This document shows positions 1 to 9,113 of a stretch of DNA of 20,000 nt, piece by piece. The position numbers and the translations under genes were made by a program. Within the stretch, counting starts at the first letter, position 1; every line of letters begins with the position of its first letter. Where the stretch lies: positions 178,336-198,335 of the forward strand of contig JAADGS010000027.1 of NCBI GenBank assembly GCA_013152275.1. The letters are read 5' to 3'. A model generated the notes under the pieces. The model saw nothing but the letters and a program-made list of their open reading frames with translations, did no database searches and was not told the DNA's origin. The DNA is from Actinomycetota bacterium (GTDB lineage: Bacteria; Actinomycetota; Acidimicrobiia; Spongiisociales; UBA4744).

Positions 1-277
1 AGAGGGTGAACAGCAGAGCCGTCATTGCCAGCAGCGGGAGGGACAGCCCGTCGACGCCGACCTGATAGGTGACTCCGATCGAGGTGATCCATGGGGCCGA
101 TTCGACGAGTTCGAAGCCGGGGCCCCCCTTGAACATGGTCCATGCCGCGATGATGATGCCCAGTGGCACGAGGCTCACTGCCACAGCCGTCCAGCGGGCA
201 AGCTGGGGTCGGTCCTTCGGAAAACCGAGCAGCGCTGCTGCTGCGATCACGGGAAGGAAGATGGCGATACTGAGCAT
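1..277 (-). CDS. nuoM: NADH-quinone oxidoreductase subunit M-like antiporter subunit (N-terminal part; runs off the window)
   Basis: Manual translation from ATG at 277: MLSIAIFLPVIAAAALLGFPKD...WITSIGVTYQVGVDGLSLPLLAMTALLF, with the NuoM GVDGLS motif; GGAGG RBS upstream; directly follows nuoL. Confidence 0.9.
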   Translation of the reverse strand, partial: MLSIAIFLPVIAAAALLGFPKDRPQLARWTAVAVSLVPLGIIIAAWTMFKGGPGFELVESAPWITSIGVTYQVGVDGLSLPLLAMTALLFTL

Positions 278-281
278 TGGG

Positions 282-2198
282 CTACCTCCAGAGAACGGTC
301 ACGAAGATGATGAGGGCGGCGCCGATCACGAGGATCGTGTAGTAGTGGTAGGACATGCCGGTTTGGAGCTTTCGGCTCTGCTCGCCGGCGATGCCGATTC
401 CGAGGGCGATTCCTTCGACGGTCCCGTCGACGGCCTCGTCATCCACGGATCGTGATGTGTCCGCCGTGCGCAGCACGCCGCCGGCTATCACGTGCACGCC
501 TCCATCGATGACCCGTTCCGCGCTCCTGCGCAGAGAAGCCGACACACGAGTGGCTGTGCGAGCAGTGCCCAGCACGAGTGCGTCCACGACGGAGCGGTCC
601 GTGATCCTGAGGCCTTCGGACAGGCGCAGCACAGGGTCGACGATCACGACGCGTCCTGCCGTCGGCAAGCCCCACCAGTCGGCCACTGCGGCACGGAGAC
701 GGTCGGGAATCCCGAGATCGACGAGGCGGTGGCGTTTCCAGAGCGCGGCGATGATCGCCAACCCGAGAGCGATGACTCCCAGAGATACCCACAGTTCCCA
801 CGGCTCCCCCCCTGCGATCCGGCCCGATGCGACCGTCTCGAGAAGCTTCTCTCCTCCAGGGAGCCAGAGTGCACCGAGGAGCAACGTGATCGTGGCGAGT
901 GCGCCGATCGCGAGAAGCTCGCCGACCCCCGGACGTTCGCCACTGGTCTGTGTGGGGCCTGGCCCATAGCCGAGCAGGTGAAGGCGGCTTGCGTACAGGA
1001 CGGACAAGAGTCCGGCAACGACCGTTCCCGCCCCGACCCAGACGCCGGCGTCGAAGGCTGCGGCTAGGACGGCTTCCTTGGTGAAGGCGCCGCCCAGAGG
1101 AGGGATGGCAGCCAACGCAGCCGCACCGACACCGAACAGGAGCGCCACTTTCGGCAGGGCCGAGCCGAGACGGAGCGAGCCAAGATCCAGTGTGCCTCCC
1201 GTGTGGAGTGCCACGCCCGCACCGAGGAACAGGAGTGCTTTGAAGAAGGCGTGGGCGGTGAGCTGACCCATGCCGGCTGCGGTGAAACCGGCACCGATCG
1301 CTATCAGCATCAATCCGTACTGGGCGGACGTGGAGCCTGCCAGCGCTCTCTTGAAGTCGGTCTGGACGAGTGCCACCACACCGCCCGCCAGCGCGGTGAC
1401 GAGGCCAAGTCCGATGACGGTCGGTGGGAACCACGGAACCTGCGAGAAGATCGGCTCGAGCCGGATGAGTGCATAGGCGCCCGCGGCCACCATCGTCGCC
1501 GAATGGAGTAGCGCCGATACGGGGGAGGGGCCTGCCATCGCCGAGAACAACCAGGGAGAGAAGGGAACCTGGGCGGATTTCGCTGCGGCCGCCACGAGCA
1601 CCCCGCCGGCGGCGATGGCCAGCCAGCGGGGGTCGGATGAAGCGGCGAGGTCGCTGTACCGGAAGCTGCCTGTCGCTGCAAAGGCGGCGCCGGCGGCGAG
1701 GTACAGCCCCAGGTCTCCGAAGCGCGTCGTGATGAACGCCTCCTTCGCCGAACGGGGCCGGTTCGGGTCGCGCCACTCGTGACCGATGAGTGACCAGGAT
1801 GCCGCACCGACCAGTTCCCAGCCGATGAGCAACGTGAGGAAATCGGCGGCGACCACCAGCAGCTCCATGGCCCCGACAAAGGCGACCATGAGCCCAAGAA
1901 GGCGGGCGAGCGCCGGATCACGGCGGAGGCTTGCAGCGGTGAAACCCACGATCGGTAGCGCCACCAACGGTACGAGCACCACCATGGGACGGGCGGCACC
2001 CTCGACGGAGAGTTGGAGGGCGATACCTGCACCCCAGTCCCAGGATGCCGTCGAACCCGCGAACGCGGCGACGACGGCGACGGCGAGCGTCCCTGCGAGC
2101 GCGGCGACGGCGATGGGACCCAGAAGTCTGCGCCGACGCCGGAATAGGAGCACCATGGCGGTACCCGCTACCGGCACGAAAACTGGCAGCCAGGCCAT
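282..2198 (-). CDS. nuoL: NADH-quinone oxidoreductase subunit L / MrpA-like antiporter subunit
   Basis: Motifs GWELVG, AF.TTRFGD, AKSAQVPF..WL..AMAGPSPVSALLHS, KRALAGSTSAQYG, HAFFKALLFL, C-terminal QTG..Y.Y; start placed at MAWLPV, overlapping the nuoK stop (TGATG). Confidence 0.93.
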   Translation of the reverse strand: MAWLPVFVPVAGTAMVLLFRRRRRLLGPIAVAALAGTLAVAVVAAFAGSTASWDWGAGIALQLSVEGAARPMVVLVPLVALPIVGFTAASLRRDPALARLLGLMVAFVGAMELLVVAADFLTLLIGWELVGAASWSLIGHEWRDPNRPRSAKEAFITTRFGDLGLYLAAGAAFAATGSFRYSDLAASSDPRWLAIAAGGVLVAAAAKSAQVPFSPWLFSAMAGPSPVSALLHSATMVAAGAYALIRLEPIFSQVPWFPPTVIGLGLVTALAGGVVALVQTDFKRALAGSTSAQYGLMLIAIGAGFTAAGMGQLTAHAFFKALLFLGAGVALHTGGTLDLGSLRLGSALPKVALLFGVGAAALAAIPPLGGAFTKEAVLAAAFDAGVWVGAGTVVAGLLSVLYASRLHLLGYGPGPTQTSGERPGVGELLAIGALATITLLLGALWLPGGEKLLETVASGRIAGGEPWELWVSLGVIALGLAIIAALWKRHRLVDLGIPDRLRAAVADWWGLPTAGRVVIVDPVLRLSEGLRITDRSVVDALVLGTARTATRVSASLRRSAERVIDGGVHVIAGGVLRTADTSRSVDDEAVDGTVEGIALGIGIAGEQSRKLQTGMSYHYYTILVIGAALIIFVTVLWR

Positions 2199-2503
2199 CA
2201 GTTTCGGAGCCTCTTCAGCTTCTCGGTGATGTCGGCCTTTCGTGCCCGGTACACGTTCGCCACCAGCGCGAAACCGATCGCCGCCTCGATGGCCATGGCC
2301 GTCATGACCACGATCACGAGGAGTTGGCCTTCCGGGTTGCCGCCGGTGGAACCCCACCAGAAAGCGGCGACGGCCAGGATGGTGGCGTTCAGCATCAACT
2401 CGAGTCCCATCATGATCATGACGAAGGACTGCTGGCTGAGAGCACCGTAGATACCGACGCCGAAGATGGCGGCAGCCACGACAAGGAGTGCTTCAAGGCT
2501 CAC
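2198..2503 (-). CDS. nuoK: NADH-quinone oxidoreductase subunit K
   Basis: 101 aa, three hydrophobic segments, MGLELMLNA and AIEAAIG (both conserved Glu); GTG start overlaps the nuoJ stop. Confidence 0.92.
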   Translation of the reverse strand: MSLEALLVVAAAIFGVGIYGALSQQSFVMIMMGLELMLNATILAVAAFWWGSTGGNPEGQLLVIVVMTAMAIEAAIGFALVANVYRARKADITEKLKRLRN

Positions 2504-3063
2504 TGGCTCGTCTCCACTTCGAGTGGAGGTTCTTCGGAGCCCTGTTCGGCGTCCCCGTACCGTCCACGGTGAGAGACGAGCGCGATCGCTCCGATCATGA
2601 CGGCGAGGAGTGCCACGCCGGCAGATTCGAACACGAGCATCGACGTCCCGAGGAGTTCCTGGCCAAGGGGGACGATGGCCGGCCCGACGATGGCTGCCGG
2701 ACGATCCGGAAACTCGGCGAACAATCCGACGGTTGCCAGGGCCAGGAACGAACCGACGCCAGAGAGGATTGCCGTGCGATGTTGGTGCACCATGAGCATC
2801 GGGTTCAGACCGGCCGGGTTCATCATGAACATCACCATGAAGATCGCCATGATGGTCATTTCCCCGGCCATCATCAGGATGAGGATGAGGCCGAGAAACT
2901 GCGCGTTGAGCGTGACGAGAATGGCTCCGACCGCTACGAACGACGCCATCAACCAGTACGCCGCCCGCACCATCGAGTCGGTCACGAACACGAGGATCGC
3001 CGAGATCACGGCCATCGCCGAGAAGGCCCAGAAGAGCACGTCGGTCGGCCATCCGCCGCTCAC
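2500..3063 (-). CDS. nuoJ: NADH-quinone oxidoreductase subunit J
   Basis: Hydrophobic 187 aa; LNAQFLG, FMVMFM, LGQELL....LVFESAGVALLAVMIGAIAL; GTGA overlap with the nuoH stop. Confidence 0.88.
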   Translation of the reverse strand: MSGGWPTDVLFWAFSAMAVISAILVFVTDSMVRAAYWLMASFVAVGAILVTLNAQFLGLILILMMAGEMTIMAIFMVMFMMNPAGLNPMLMVHQHRTAILSGVGSFLALATVGLFAEFPDRPAAIVGPAIVPLGQELLGTSMLVFESAGVALLAVMIGAIALVSHRGRYGDAEQGSEEPPLEVETSQ

Positions 3064-3980
3064 AGTGTCAACGCTCCCGAGACGAAGACGTCTACGAGGG
3101 CAAGAGGGAGGAGCACCAGCCAGCCGAACTTCACGACATTCTCCATTCTCGGACGAGCGGTCCGATGACCGAACCAGATCATGACGGCCAGCAAGGCGAC
3201 CGTCTTGAGGATCGACCATGCCCAGCCGGGGAGCCAAGGGCCGAGAGGGCCACCCAGGAATGCGGCCGATCCCATGGCGGCGGCCGAGACGAGGAGTGCG
3301 GCTCTCGCCGTCCGCCACGCGAGCAGTGCCGTTCCCGACGTCTCGGTCTGTGAGCCACCTGCGAGGTCGGCGGCATCGGGATGCTGAAAGGGTCCCCAAA
3401 ACGCGAATCCGAGCGCCGTCAAGAGGTAGATGGGCAGGCCGAGCGGCTGGCGGAGCACGTTCCACAATTCCGCCTGGGAGCTGATGATGACTCCTACGGA
3501 CAGGGATTCGGCGGGTATGGCCGTTGTGATGAGCACCAGGGAGAACGGGATCCCCACGGAGAGGGCCAACGCTGCGAACCGGTATCCGCCGATCAGCGGA
3601 AAGATCGAGTTCGACGACCAACCGTGCAGGAAGACCGCCACCATCACCTGGACCAGGGCTGCACCGAAGAGAACGATGCCGACGGGCACGTCGGCGATGG
3701 CGAGCCCCGGGGTGAGTGGGATCGCGGTGAAGGCCACCGCCGCGAGGCCGGCGAGCAAAGCCGGTGCCAACGCCCAAGCCTCCCGGTCGGGCCGTTCGGT
3801 GACGGTCCTGCGTTGCGACATGAGGAGAGCAACGCTGCGGAAGGGGTCGAGAAGGAGCGCAGCGGTACCCTCGCGGTTCCCGGCCGCCGTGCCGGCCAAG
3901 AGTCGGTCGAGCACCGACACGATGTACACACCGGCGCCGAGGACCCCGCCCGTGAAGAGGATTGCAGTGGCCGGGTTCAC
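3060..3980 (-). CDS. nuoH: NADH-quinone oxidoreductase subunit H-like (divergent)
   Basis: GWSSNSIFPLIGGYR, SLSV..II.SQ, QPLG, PF..PDA.DLAGG..TETSG, FLGG, RPRMENVVKFGWLVLLPLAL match the NuoH pattern; N-terminal QxRxGP motif not seen. Confidence 0.87.
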   Translation of the reverse strand: MNPATAILFTGGVLGAGVYIVSVLDRLLAGTAAGNREGTAALLLDPFRSVALLMSQRRTVTERPDREAWALAPALLAGLAAVAFTAIPLTPGLAIADVPVGIVLFGAALVQVMVAVFLHGWSSNSIFPLIGGYRFAALALSVGIPFSLVLITTAIPAESLSVGVIISSQAELWNVLRQPLGLPIYLLTALGFAFWGPFQHPDAADLAGGSQTETSGTALLAWRTARAALLVSAAAMGSAAFLGGPLGPWLPGWAWSILKTVALLAVMIWFGHRTARPRMENVVKFGWLVLLPLALVDVFVSGALTL

Positions 3981-5269
3981 GCAGCTTCCCCTTCGCCGGC
4001 ACTCGGGGGAGCCGCGGCTGCCTCGGCAGGGTCCATGTCGATGCTCGCCAGGCAGGTCACCGCGTCCCCCCACTCGAGGCCGGTCAGGAGGGCAGGCAGG
4101 AGTTCGAGTAGCCGGCTCGAAGGGGTCGGTGCTCCTTGCTCCAGCCGTCCGTGGGGTCCTTCGACGACGCCGTCGCCGAATGCGGTTCGATCTGGAGCTT
4201 GCATGGCGAGATCGAGAGACTGGGTGATCTCAGCGAGCCGCTGTCTCCAGCGAGCGCGAGGGTCGCCGTCGGCGAACGTGATGGGTGTGAACCCGAGGCT
4301 GCGATAGGTGGGATCCTCCAATCTGGCGTCATCAGGAAGGCCACTCGCTCTGGCAACGGGGCCGAGACCCTCTGTCAACGAGGGATCGAGGCGACCGGCC
4401 GAACCGAGGCTCCAGGCGAAGGCGCCGCTTTTTCGGATGGCGCGAGCCAACGCGTCGACGGCGTCGTTGTCCTGGGGTGTCAACCGTGCGGCGAGCCGGA
4501 GCGCCCGAAGTCCCAGGGCTCCGAGTCCCACCAGACGCAGCGCTTCGGCCAGCCAGATCAGATGGTGTCGGGCTCGGGCCAGTTCCAGGTCGGCGAGAGG
4601 GACCGGACGGCGCAGAGCTTCTTTGAAAGGGGAGGCGATGGCGGCGGTCACGGCCGCCGGCCCGACAGAGGCTTCCTGGATGATGTCGCCCTGGAATGTC
4701 ACTCGAAGTGTCAATCCGGCGGGGAGGGCAGGAAGCCAGGGCCCCAGCGTCACCGGAAGGCGATCGAGCTGGATGCCGTCCCGGTCGGGTCCGCGTTCGG
4801 CCATCGGACGTCCGTAGGGGACACCTCCGGTCATGCCCTTGCCCCCCTGACCGTATGGCCCGACATTTCGCCATTCGGCCGGATCGATGTCCGGCAGCAG
4901 GGGTGCTTCCGAGGGAAGTGTGCCGTGGAGGAGAGCGCGGTGGAGATCCACGATGGCATCCACGAGTCCATCGACGTTCCCGGACACGACATGTTCCGCG
5001 GGAAGACCTTCGAGCGTGGTTGGCCCCCAGTGAACGGTCAGGCGAGGTGGCGACATCTGGTCGTGAACGCGACGGAGGGCGGCGATGCCGGCATCCGTGA
5101 ACGATCCCGCCACCAACAGGATGTTTGCAGGCCTGGGTGTGTCCAGCATGCTGATTTCGGTGCGCAGACGCAGATTCGCCAGGTCGTCGCGTGCACCGGC
5201 TCCCCCCACGGCGAATACCGGGACGCGAGCTCGGCCGGCGATGCCTGCCAGGAGGCCTTTCAGGCCCAT
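3977..5269 (-). CDS. Degenerate NuoB-NuoD-like fusion protein lacking Fe-S ligands
   Basis: N-terminal TPRPANILLVAG...ALRRVHDQMSPP resembles NuoB; C-terminal LGPWLP, GPVARASG..DAR, GD..AR...RLAEI.QSL, VEGPHG, PS, GDAV..LASID resemble NuoD; only one Cys in 430 aa. Confidence 0.75.
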   Translation of the reverse strand: MGLKGLLAGIAGRARVPVFAVGGAGARDDLANLRLRTEISMLDTPRPANILLVAGSFTDAGIAALRRVHDQMSPPRLTVHWGPTTLEGLPAEHVVSGNVDGLVDAIVDLHRALLHGTLPSEAPLLPDIDPAEWRNVGPYGQGGKGMTGGVPYGRPMAERGPDRDGIQLDRLPVTLGPWLPALPAGLTLRVTFQGDIIQEASVGPAAVTAAIASPFKEALRRPVPLADLELARARHHLIWLAEALRLVGLGALGLRALRLAARLTPQDNDAVDALARAIRKSGAFAWSLGSAGRLDPSLTEGLGPVARASGLPDDARLEDPTYRSLGFTPITFADGDPRARWRQRLAEITQSLDLAMQAPDRTAFGDGVVEGPHGRLEQGAPTPSSRLLELLPALLTGLEWGDAVTCLASIDMDPAEAAAAPPSAGEGEAA

Positions 5270-5613
5270 TCGAACCCTCGCTCACGCCAGGCGTACACGA
5301 TTCCTACGACCAGGATGAGGATGAACATCAGCATCTCGACCAGTGAGAGGAGTCCCTCCCGCACGAACACGACTGCCCACGGGTACATGAAGACCATCTC
5401 CATGTCGAAAGCCAGGAAGAGCAACGCCATCGCGTAGTAGCGGGTGTGGAACCGGTTCCATGCGTGGAAATCCGGTTCCACACCTCCGGCGGACGGAACG
5501 CGCTCGGGCGCGGTTGTCAGTACGGGGTTGAGCCGATCACCCACCCATCGGGTGCCGACGACTGCAAGCCCGGCTGCCAGGAACACTACGAGCGCAGCTC
5601 CGAGAGATGCCAT
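5260..5613 (-). CDS. nuoA: NADH-quinone oxidoreductase subunit A
   Basis: RYYAMALLFLAFDMEMVFMYPWAV and YAWRERGFEW motifs; 117 aa. Confidence 0.92.
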   Translation of the reverse strand: MASLGAALVVFLAAGLAVVGTRWVGDRLNPVLTTAPERVPSAGGVEPDFHAWNRFHTRYYAMALLFLAFDMEMVFMYPWAVVFVREGLLSLVEMLMFILILVVGIVYAWRERGFEWA

Positions 5614-5614
5614 G

Positions 5615-5761
5615 TCAGGCGACGTAGTCCTTCGGGTTCTCGTCGAACTCTTCTTTGCAGTCGTTCGAACAGAAGTAGTAGGTCGTCCCTTCGTACGCGC
5701 TCGTGCCGACGGCATCGTCCATCTCAATGGTCATGCCGCAGACCGGGTCTTTCATTTTCAT
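5615..5761 (-). CDS. YHS-domain small metal-binding protein
   Basis: 48 aa MKMKDPVCGM...YEGTTYYFCSNDCKEEFDENP; GAGGAG RBS upstream. Confidence 0.92.
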   Translation of the reverse strand: MKMKDPVCGMTIEMDDAVGTSAYEGTTYYFCSNDCKEEFDENPKDYVA

Positions 5762-5941
5762 CTCGCACTCCTCTTGTATTGCGCGGCCGCCGACCCAGCG
5801 ACGGCCATCCATTCGTTTCACTCTATCCGGTGAGGAGCCTCGTGGCTCTCCTTGATTCCTCGCTCGAACTCACCTCCTTGTGCCGACCCACCCATCTCCT
5901 TGTCGGAGTGGCCGCGTTGAGTCGGTGTTCAAGTCGTCATC

Positions 5942-5973
5942 TTTCTACACCTTCCATCCGCCTGGAATGTCAA
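5942..5973 (-). promoter_or_regulatory. MerR-type promoter/operator for the YHS-nuo operon
   Basis: Minus strand TTGACA-TTCCAGGCGGATGGAAGGTG(20 bp)-TAGAAA with TTCCA/TGGAA dyad. Confidence 0.8.
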
Positions 5974-6107
5974 GCGGACCGTGGGGAATCGTGATTTCGG
6001 ACTCGGCCCGCATCGATGTGTGGAGCGTGCCTGTGCTCTTTGACCTTGGTTGGCTCCATGGGTTCCGCGTGCGGGGGTGAAGTTCGCACCTGACCTGTAT
6101 TAGGCAC

Positions 6108-6139
6108 TTGACATTCCAGTTGCCTGGAAGGTGTAACTT
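6108..6139 (+). promoter_or_regulatory. MerR-type promoter/operator for the ABC transporter
   Basis: TTGACA-TTCCAGTTGCCTGGAAGGTG(20 bp)-TAACTT with TTCCAG/CTGGAA dyad; GAGGAGG RBS follows. Confidence 0.85.
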
Positions 6140-6162
6140 GCGAATATCGAGAGGAGGACCGA

Positions 6163-6855
6163 ATGAGTGACGACCCGAATGTGACGCTGGTGACGTCAGG
6201 CGGACCGGTCGATCGGCTGGTGGGCGCCCCGGTCGTACTCGAGGCGCGCTCGGTGATGAAGAGCTATGTCAGGGGATGGCGGAGGAGGCCGCTCAGGGTC
6301 CTTCGGGGCGCCGATCTGGAACTCCATGCGGGAGAGATCGTGGGTCTCGTGGGAGAGAACGGCTCCGGCAAGTCCACCTTCATGAAGATTCTCGTAGGCG
6401 CGCTCGATCGTGATGGCGGTGAACTCGTCCGAACGGGAACCTTTGGGTACTGCCCGCAAGAGCCTGTCTTGTATGAGCGACTCACCTGTGACGAGCATTT
6501 CGAGTTGTTCGGACACGCCTACGATCTCGATCCCGGAGTCAGCGATCGAAATCGTGACGAGATCTACGAACGGTTCGGATTCGAAGCGTACCGGGACGTT
6601 CTCGTGGAGGAGTTGTCCGGTGGCACCCGCGCCAAGCTGAATCTCGGCGTCGCGCTCCTGGCGGATCCGCAGATACTGTTGCTTGACGAGCCCTATGCGG
6701 GGTTCGACTGGGATACGTACCTGCGTTTCTGGGAGTTGACGGCGGAGCGGCGTGATGCCGGCCGTTCCGTGCTCATTATCAGTCATTTCGTCGCCGACGA
6801 GGGGCGATTCGACCGTATCGTGGAGCTGCGGGACGGTCGTGCGGTCGAGCGATGA
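6163..6855 (+). CDS. ABC transporter ATP-binding protein (exporter type)
   Basis: Walker A GENGSGKST, Q-loop CPQ, signature LSGG, Walker B LLLDEP, ISH. Confidence 0.95.
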   Translation: MSDDPNVTLVTSGGPVDRLVGAPVVLEARSVMKSYVRGWRRRPLRVLRGADLELHAGEIVGLVGENGSGKSTFMKILVGALDRDGGELVRTGTFGYCPQEPVLYERLTCDEHFELFGHAYDLDPGVSDRNRDEIYERFGFEAYRDVLVEELSGGTRAKLNLGVALLADPQILLLDEPYAGFDWDTYLRFWELTAERRDAGRSVLIISHFVADEGRFDRIVELRDGRAVER

Positions 6856-8351
6856 AGGCGACACTGCTTACCCGCCGGTATCTGCTCGAGTATGCGCGCA
6901 GACCGTTGAATCTCGTCCTGCTGCTTCTTGTTCCTCTCGTGTTCGTCGTGCTGGTCTCGGGTGCGCTCGGCGATTTCGCCAAGGTGATTGGTGGGGTTGG
7001 CGATCCTGGCCTGTTGGCAGCTCCGAGTGCCGGATGGGCGGCCGGGTTCCTTGCCGGCGTCGCCGGTTTCTTTCATGTGCTCGGCTCTCGAAATGCCGAC
7101 CGGCGGCTGGCTTCGGCGGGGTTCGGTCCTCGCCGTATCGTGACCGCTCGTCTCATCTCTGGTGTGATTCTGGCGCTCCTGGCTGCCGCATCGGCGCTCG
7201 TGGCGCTAGCGGCGCGTACCGGTCTGGCGGATCCGGTGCGAGCGATCGCGGGTTCGGTCATGTTCGCCGTCATCTACCTTGCCATCGGTGTGGCGGTCGG
7301 CTCGGTGATTCGCAACGAGGTCAACGGGTCGTTGGTCGTGATCTTCGTTTGGATGCTCGACGTGTTCCTCGGTCCGGCCATGGCCGGCGGCGACGTGTGG
7401 GTCACCCGTCTGTTCCCCACGCATTTCGTGACGTTGCTCATGCTCGACGCCCCATCCGGGCATGCGGGGTCGATCGGCGATGTGGGCTGGGCGTTGCTGT
7501 GGACTGTCGGCGCTCTGTTGCTGGCGGCCGTGTTGCTTGCATCCGCGACGAAGACACATCCTTTACACTGGTACCGTGGCGCACGTTGGGCGTCGGTCCG
7601 TCGGGCCTGGGAGGGTCTGCGCTACGGGATGCGCGAGTACCGACGCAACATCGCCATGTGGGTGCTGCTGGCGGTGCTGCCGGTCTTCTTCATCTCTCTC
7701 AGTTTCGTCATCACTCCCGATCAGCCTGCTCCTGTGGAGTTGTCCGAGGGAGGCGTGACCACGGCCCGGTTGATCTCCATGACGGACCTCCACGGCGCGA
7801 TCATGGTCCCGATCACCATCGCATTCTTGGCAGGGTTGGCCGGGCTGTTCGTGATACAGGCGTCTTCGGAGGCTGATCGCCGGCTGGTGATCGCCGGGTT
7901 CCGAACCCGCGAGATCTTGGTGGCGCGGCTCGGAGTCATCGGTCTCGCCGGTCTGATCGCGACCGGGGTGTCCCTGGCGATCACGGCGATCGACTTCACA
8001 CCAGGCTCCTGGATGGGGTTTACCGTCGGTAACGTGCTGGTAGCGGTGACGTACGGGCTGGTGGGGGTGTTGATCGGTTCACTGTTTGGGCGACTTGGAG
8101 GTCTCTATCTGATGTTCCTCCTGCCCTTCATCGATGTTGGCCTCGCACAGAACGTCATGTTCTCCGCCGTTCCTCCTGCCTGGGGTGCGTTCCTGCCGGC
8201 ACGGGGCGCGATGCGCGTGCTCGTCAACGCGGCATTTACGCCGAGCTTCGACCAGATCGGCAATCTGCTGCTCGCTCTCGGCTGGGTGGTAGCCCTCGGA
8301 TTGGTGGCTGCCCTGGTGTTGCGCCGCACGGCCGGGGTCCAGAGCACCTGA
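6852..8351 (+). CDS. ABC-2-type permease with two fused, duplicated membrane domains
   Basis: ATGA overlap with the ATPase; hydrophobic; internal repeat LAGVAGFFHVLGSRNADRRLASAGF / LAGLAGLFVIQASSEADRRLVIAGF. Confidence 0.88.
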   Translation: MKATLLTRRYLLEYARRPLNLVLLLLVPLVFVVLVSGALGDFAKVIGGVGDPGLLAAPSAGWAAGFLAGVAGFFHVLGSRNADRRLASAGFGPRRIVTARLISGVILALLAAASALVALAARTGLADPVRAIAGSVMFAVIYLAIGVAVGSVIRNEVNGSLVVIFVWMLDVFLGPAMAGGDVWVTRLFPTHFVTLLMLDAPSGHAGSIGDVGWALLWTVGALLLAAVLLASATKTHPLHWYRGARWASVRRAWEGLRYGMREYRRNIAMWVLLAVLPVFFISLSFVITPDQPAPVELSEGGVTTARLISMTDLHGAIMVPITIAFLAGLAGLFVIQASSEADRRLVIAGFRTREILVARLGVIGLAGLIATGVSLAITAIDFTPGSWMGFTVGNVLVAVTYGLVGVLIGSLFGRLGGLYLMFLLPFIDVGLAQNVMFSAVPPAWGAFLPARGAMRVLVNAAFTPSFDQIGNLLLALGWVVALGLVAALVLRRTAGVQST

Positions 8352-8609
8352 CCGGCTCCAAAGGCTGGATGAGCGATCCGCGAGGAACGCAGGGCCATAT
8401 CCGACGGTTACGCATTCCGGGCCGTCGGACAAGAGGGAAGCTTCGCGAGCACACTGCCACACGACCGCACCGGGAAGAACGCCGAGGTGGATGGGTGAAC
8501 GTGGAGGGACAAGTGTCGAGAGAAGGTGTGGTTGTCGCGCTTGCTACGGCCGATACCCTCAGACCCGCCGACTGTCATGAGTCCGCTCGCTTTCGGACTT
8601 CACGATTCC

Positions 8610-9113
8610 TCAAGCATTCTCCGTCCCCTCGCATTTCGGGCCTCGCAGTGGTTCATCGATCGTCTCTGGGCCATGAGGAGGCCCCGTGATCACGGACGCG
8701 GTGTCCACCACGACGGCCCCGTCGACGATCTCGACCGCGAAGCGATCCAGGCCTCGTGGGGCGGGGCCTTCTCGCCACTCTCCGACCCGGTTGAACTTCG
8801 AGCCATGACACGGGCATTCGAACTCACCCGAAGAATCACACCACGGCACCCTGCATCCAAGGTGCGGGCACTTCCACCAGAGTGCCACGGTCTCACCTTT
8901 GTCGGTGGTGAGGTATCCGCGCATGGCGTTCACTTCGGTGACGTTGTCCGTCGGCACGCCGTTGGCCGGCCCCGCATTCACTATCTCGCCGAACCCGCCG
9001 GTTTTCGACGGCTTGAAGATGTCCCAGGTCGTCCAGATGCCCGCAACACTCACCAGCCCGAATCCCCACTTCCAGGCCCTCGTCAGCAGCTCTCTCCGGT
9101 TGATCTTGCTCAT
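8610..9113 (-). CDS. Rieske [2Fe-2S] protein with twin-arginine signal/anchor (QcrA/PetC-like, stand-alone)
   Basis: INRRELL N-terminus, CPHLGC and CPCHGS boxes, GPAPRGL. Confidence 0.93.
   Translation of the reverse strand: MSKINRRELLTRAWKWGFGLVSVAGIWTTWDIFKPSKTGGFGEIVNAGPANGVPTDNVTEVNAMRGYLTTDKGETVALWWKCPHLGCRVPWCDSSGEFECPCHGSKFNRVGEWREGPAPRGLDRFAVEIVDGAVVVDTASVITGPPHGPETIDEPLRGPKCEGTENA

Noticed and set aside
2500..4002. 500-aa ORF as called in the track, plus N-terminal extensions of the nuoL, nuoK, nuoH and nuoA ORFs
   Set aside because: The extensions are out-of-frame overlaps with upstream nuo genes; better starts lie at stop/start overlaps or just after the upstream stop (3063, 2198, 2503, 3980, 5613).
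3977..5269. Group 4 NiFe hydrogenase large/small subunit
   Set aside because: No CxxC nickel-binding motifs or Fe-S cysteines; gene context is nuoA/H/J/K.
69..5437. Long plus-strand ORFs (e.g. 3381-4307, 4136-5437)
   Set aside because: Antisense shadows of the high-GC nuo-like genes, with no recognisable motifs.
8352..8609. ORFs crossing the gap between the ABC permease and Rieske gene (8369-8689, 8526-9218)
   Set aside because: They overlap the Rieske gene antisense, are Arg/Pro-rich and lack coding hallmarks.
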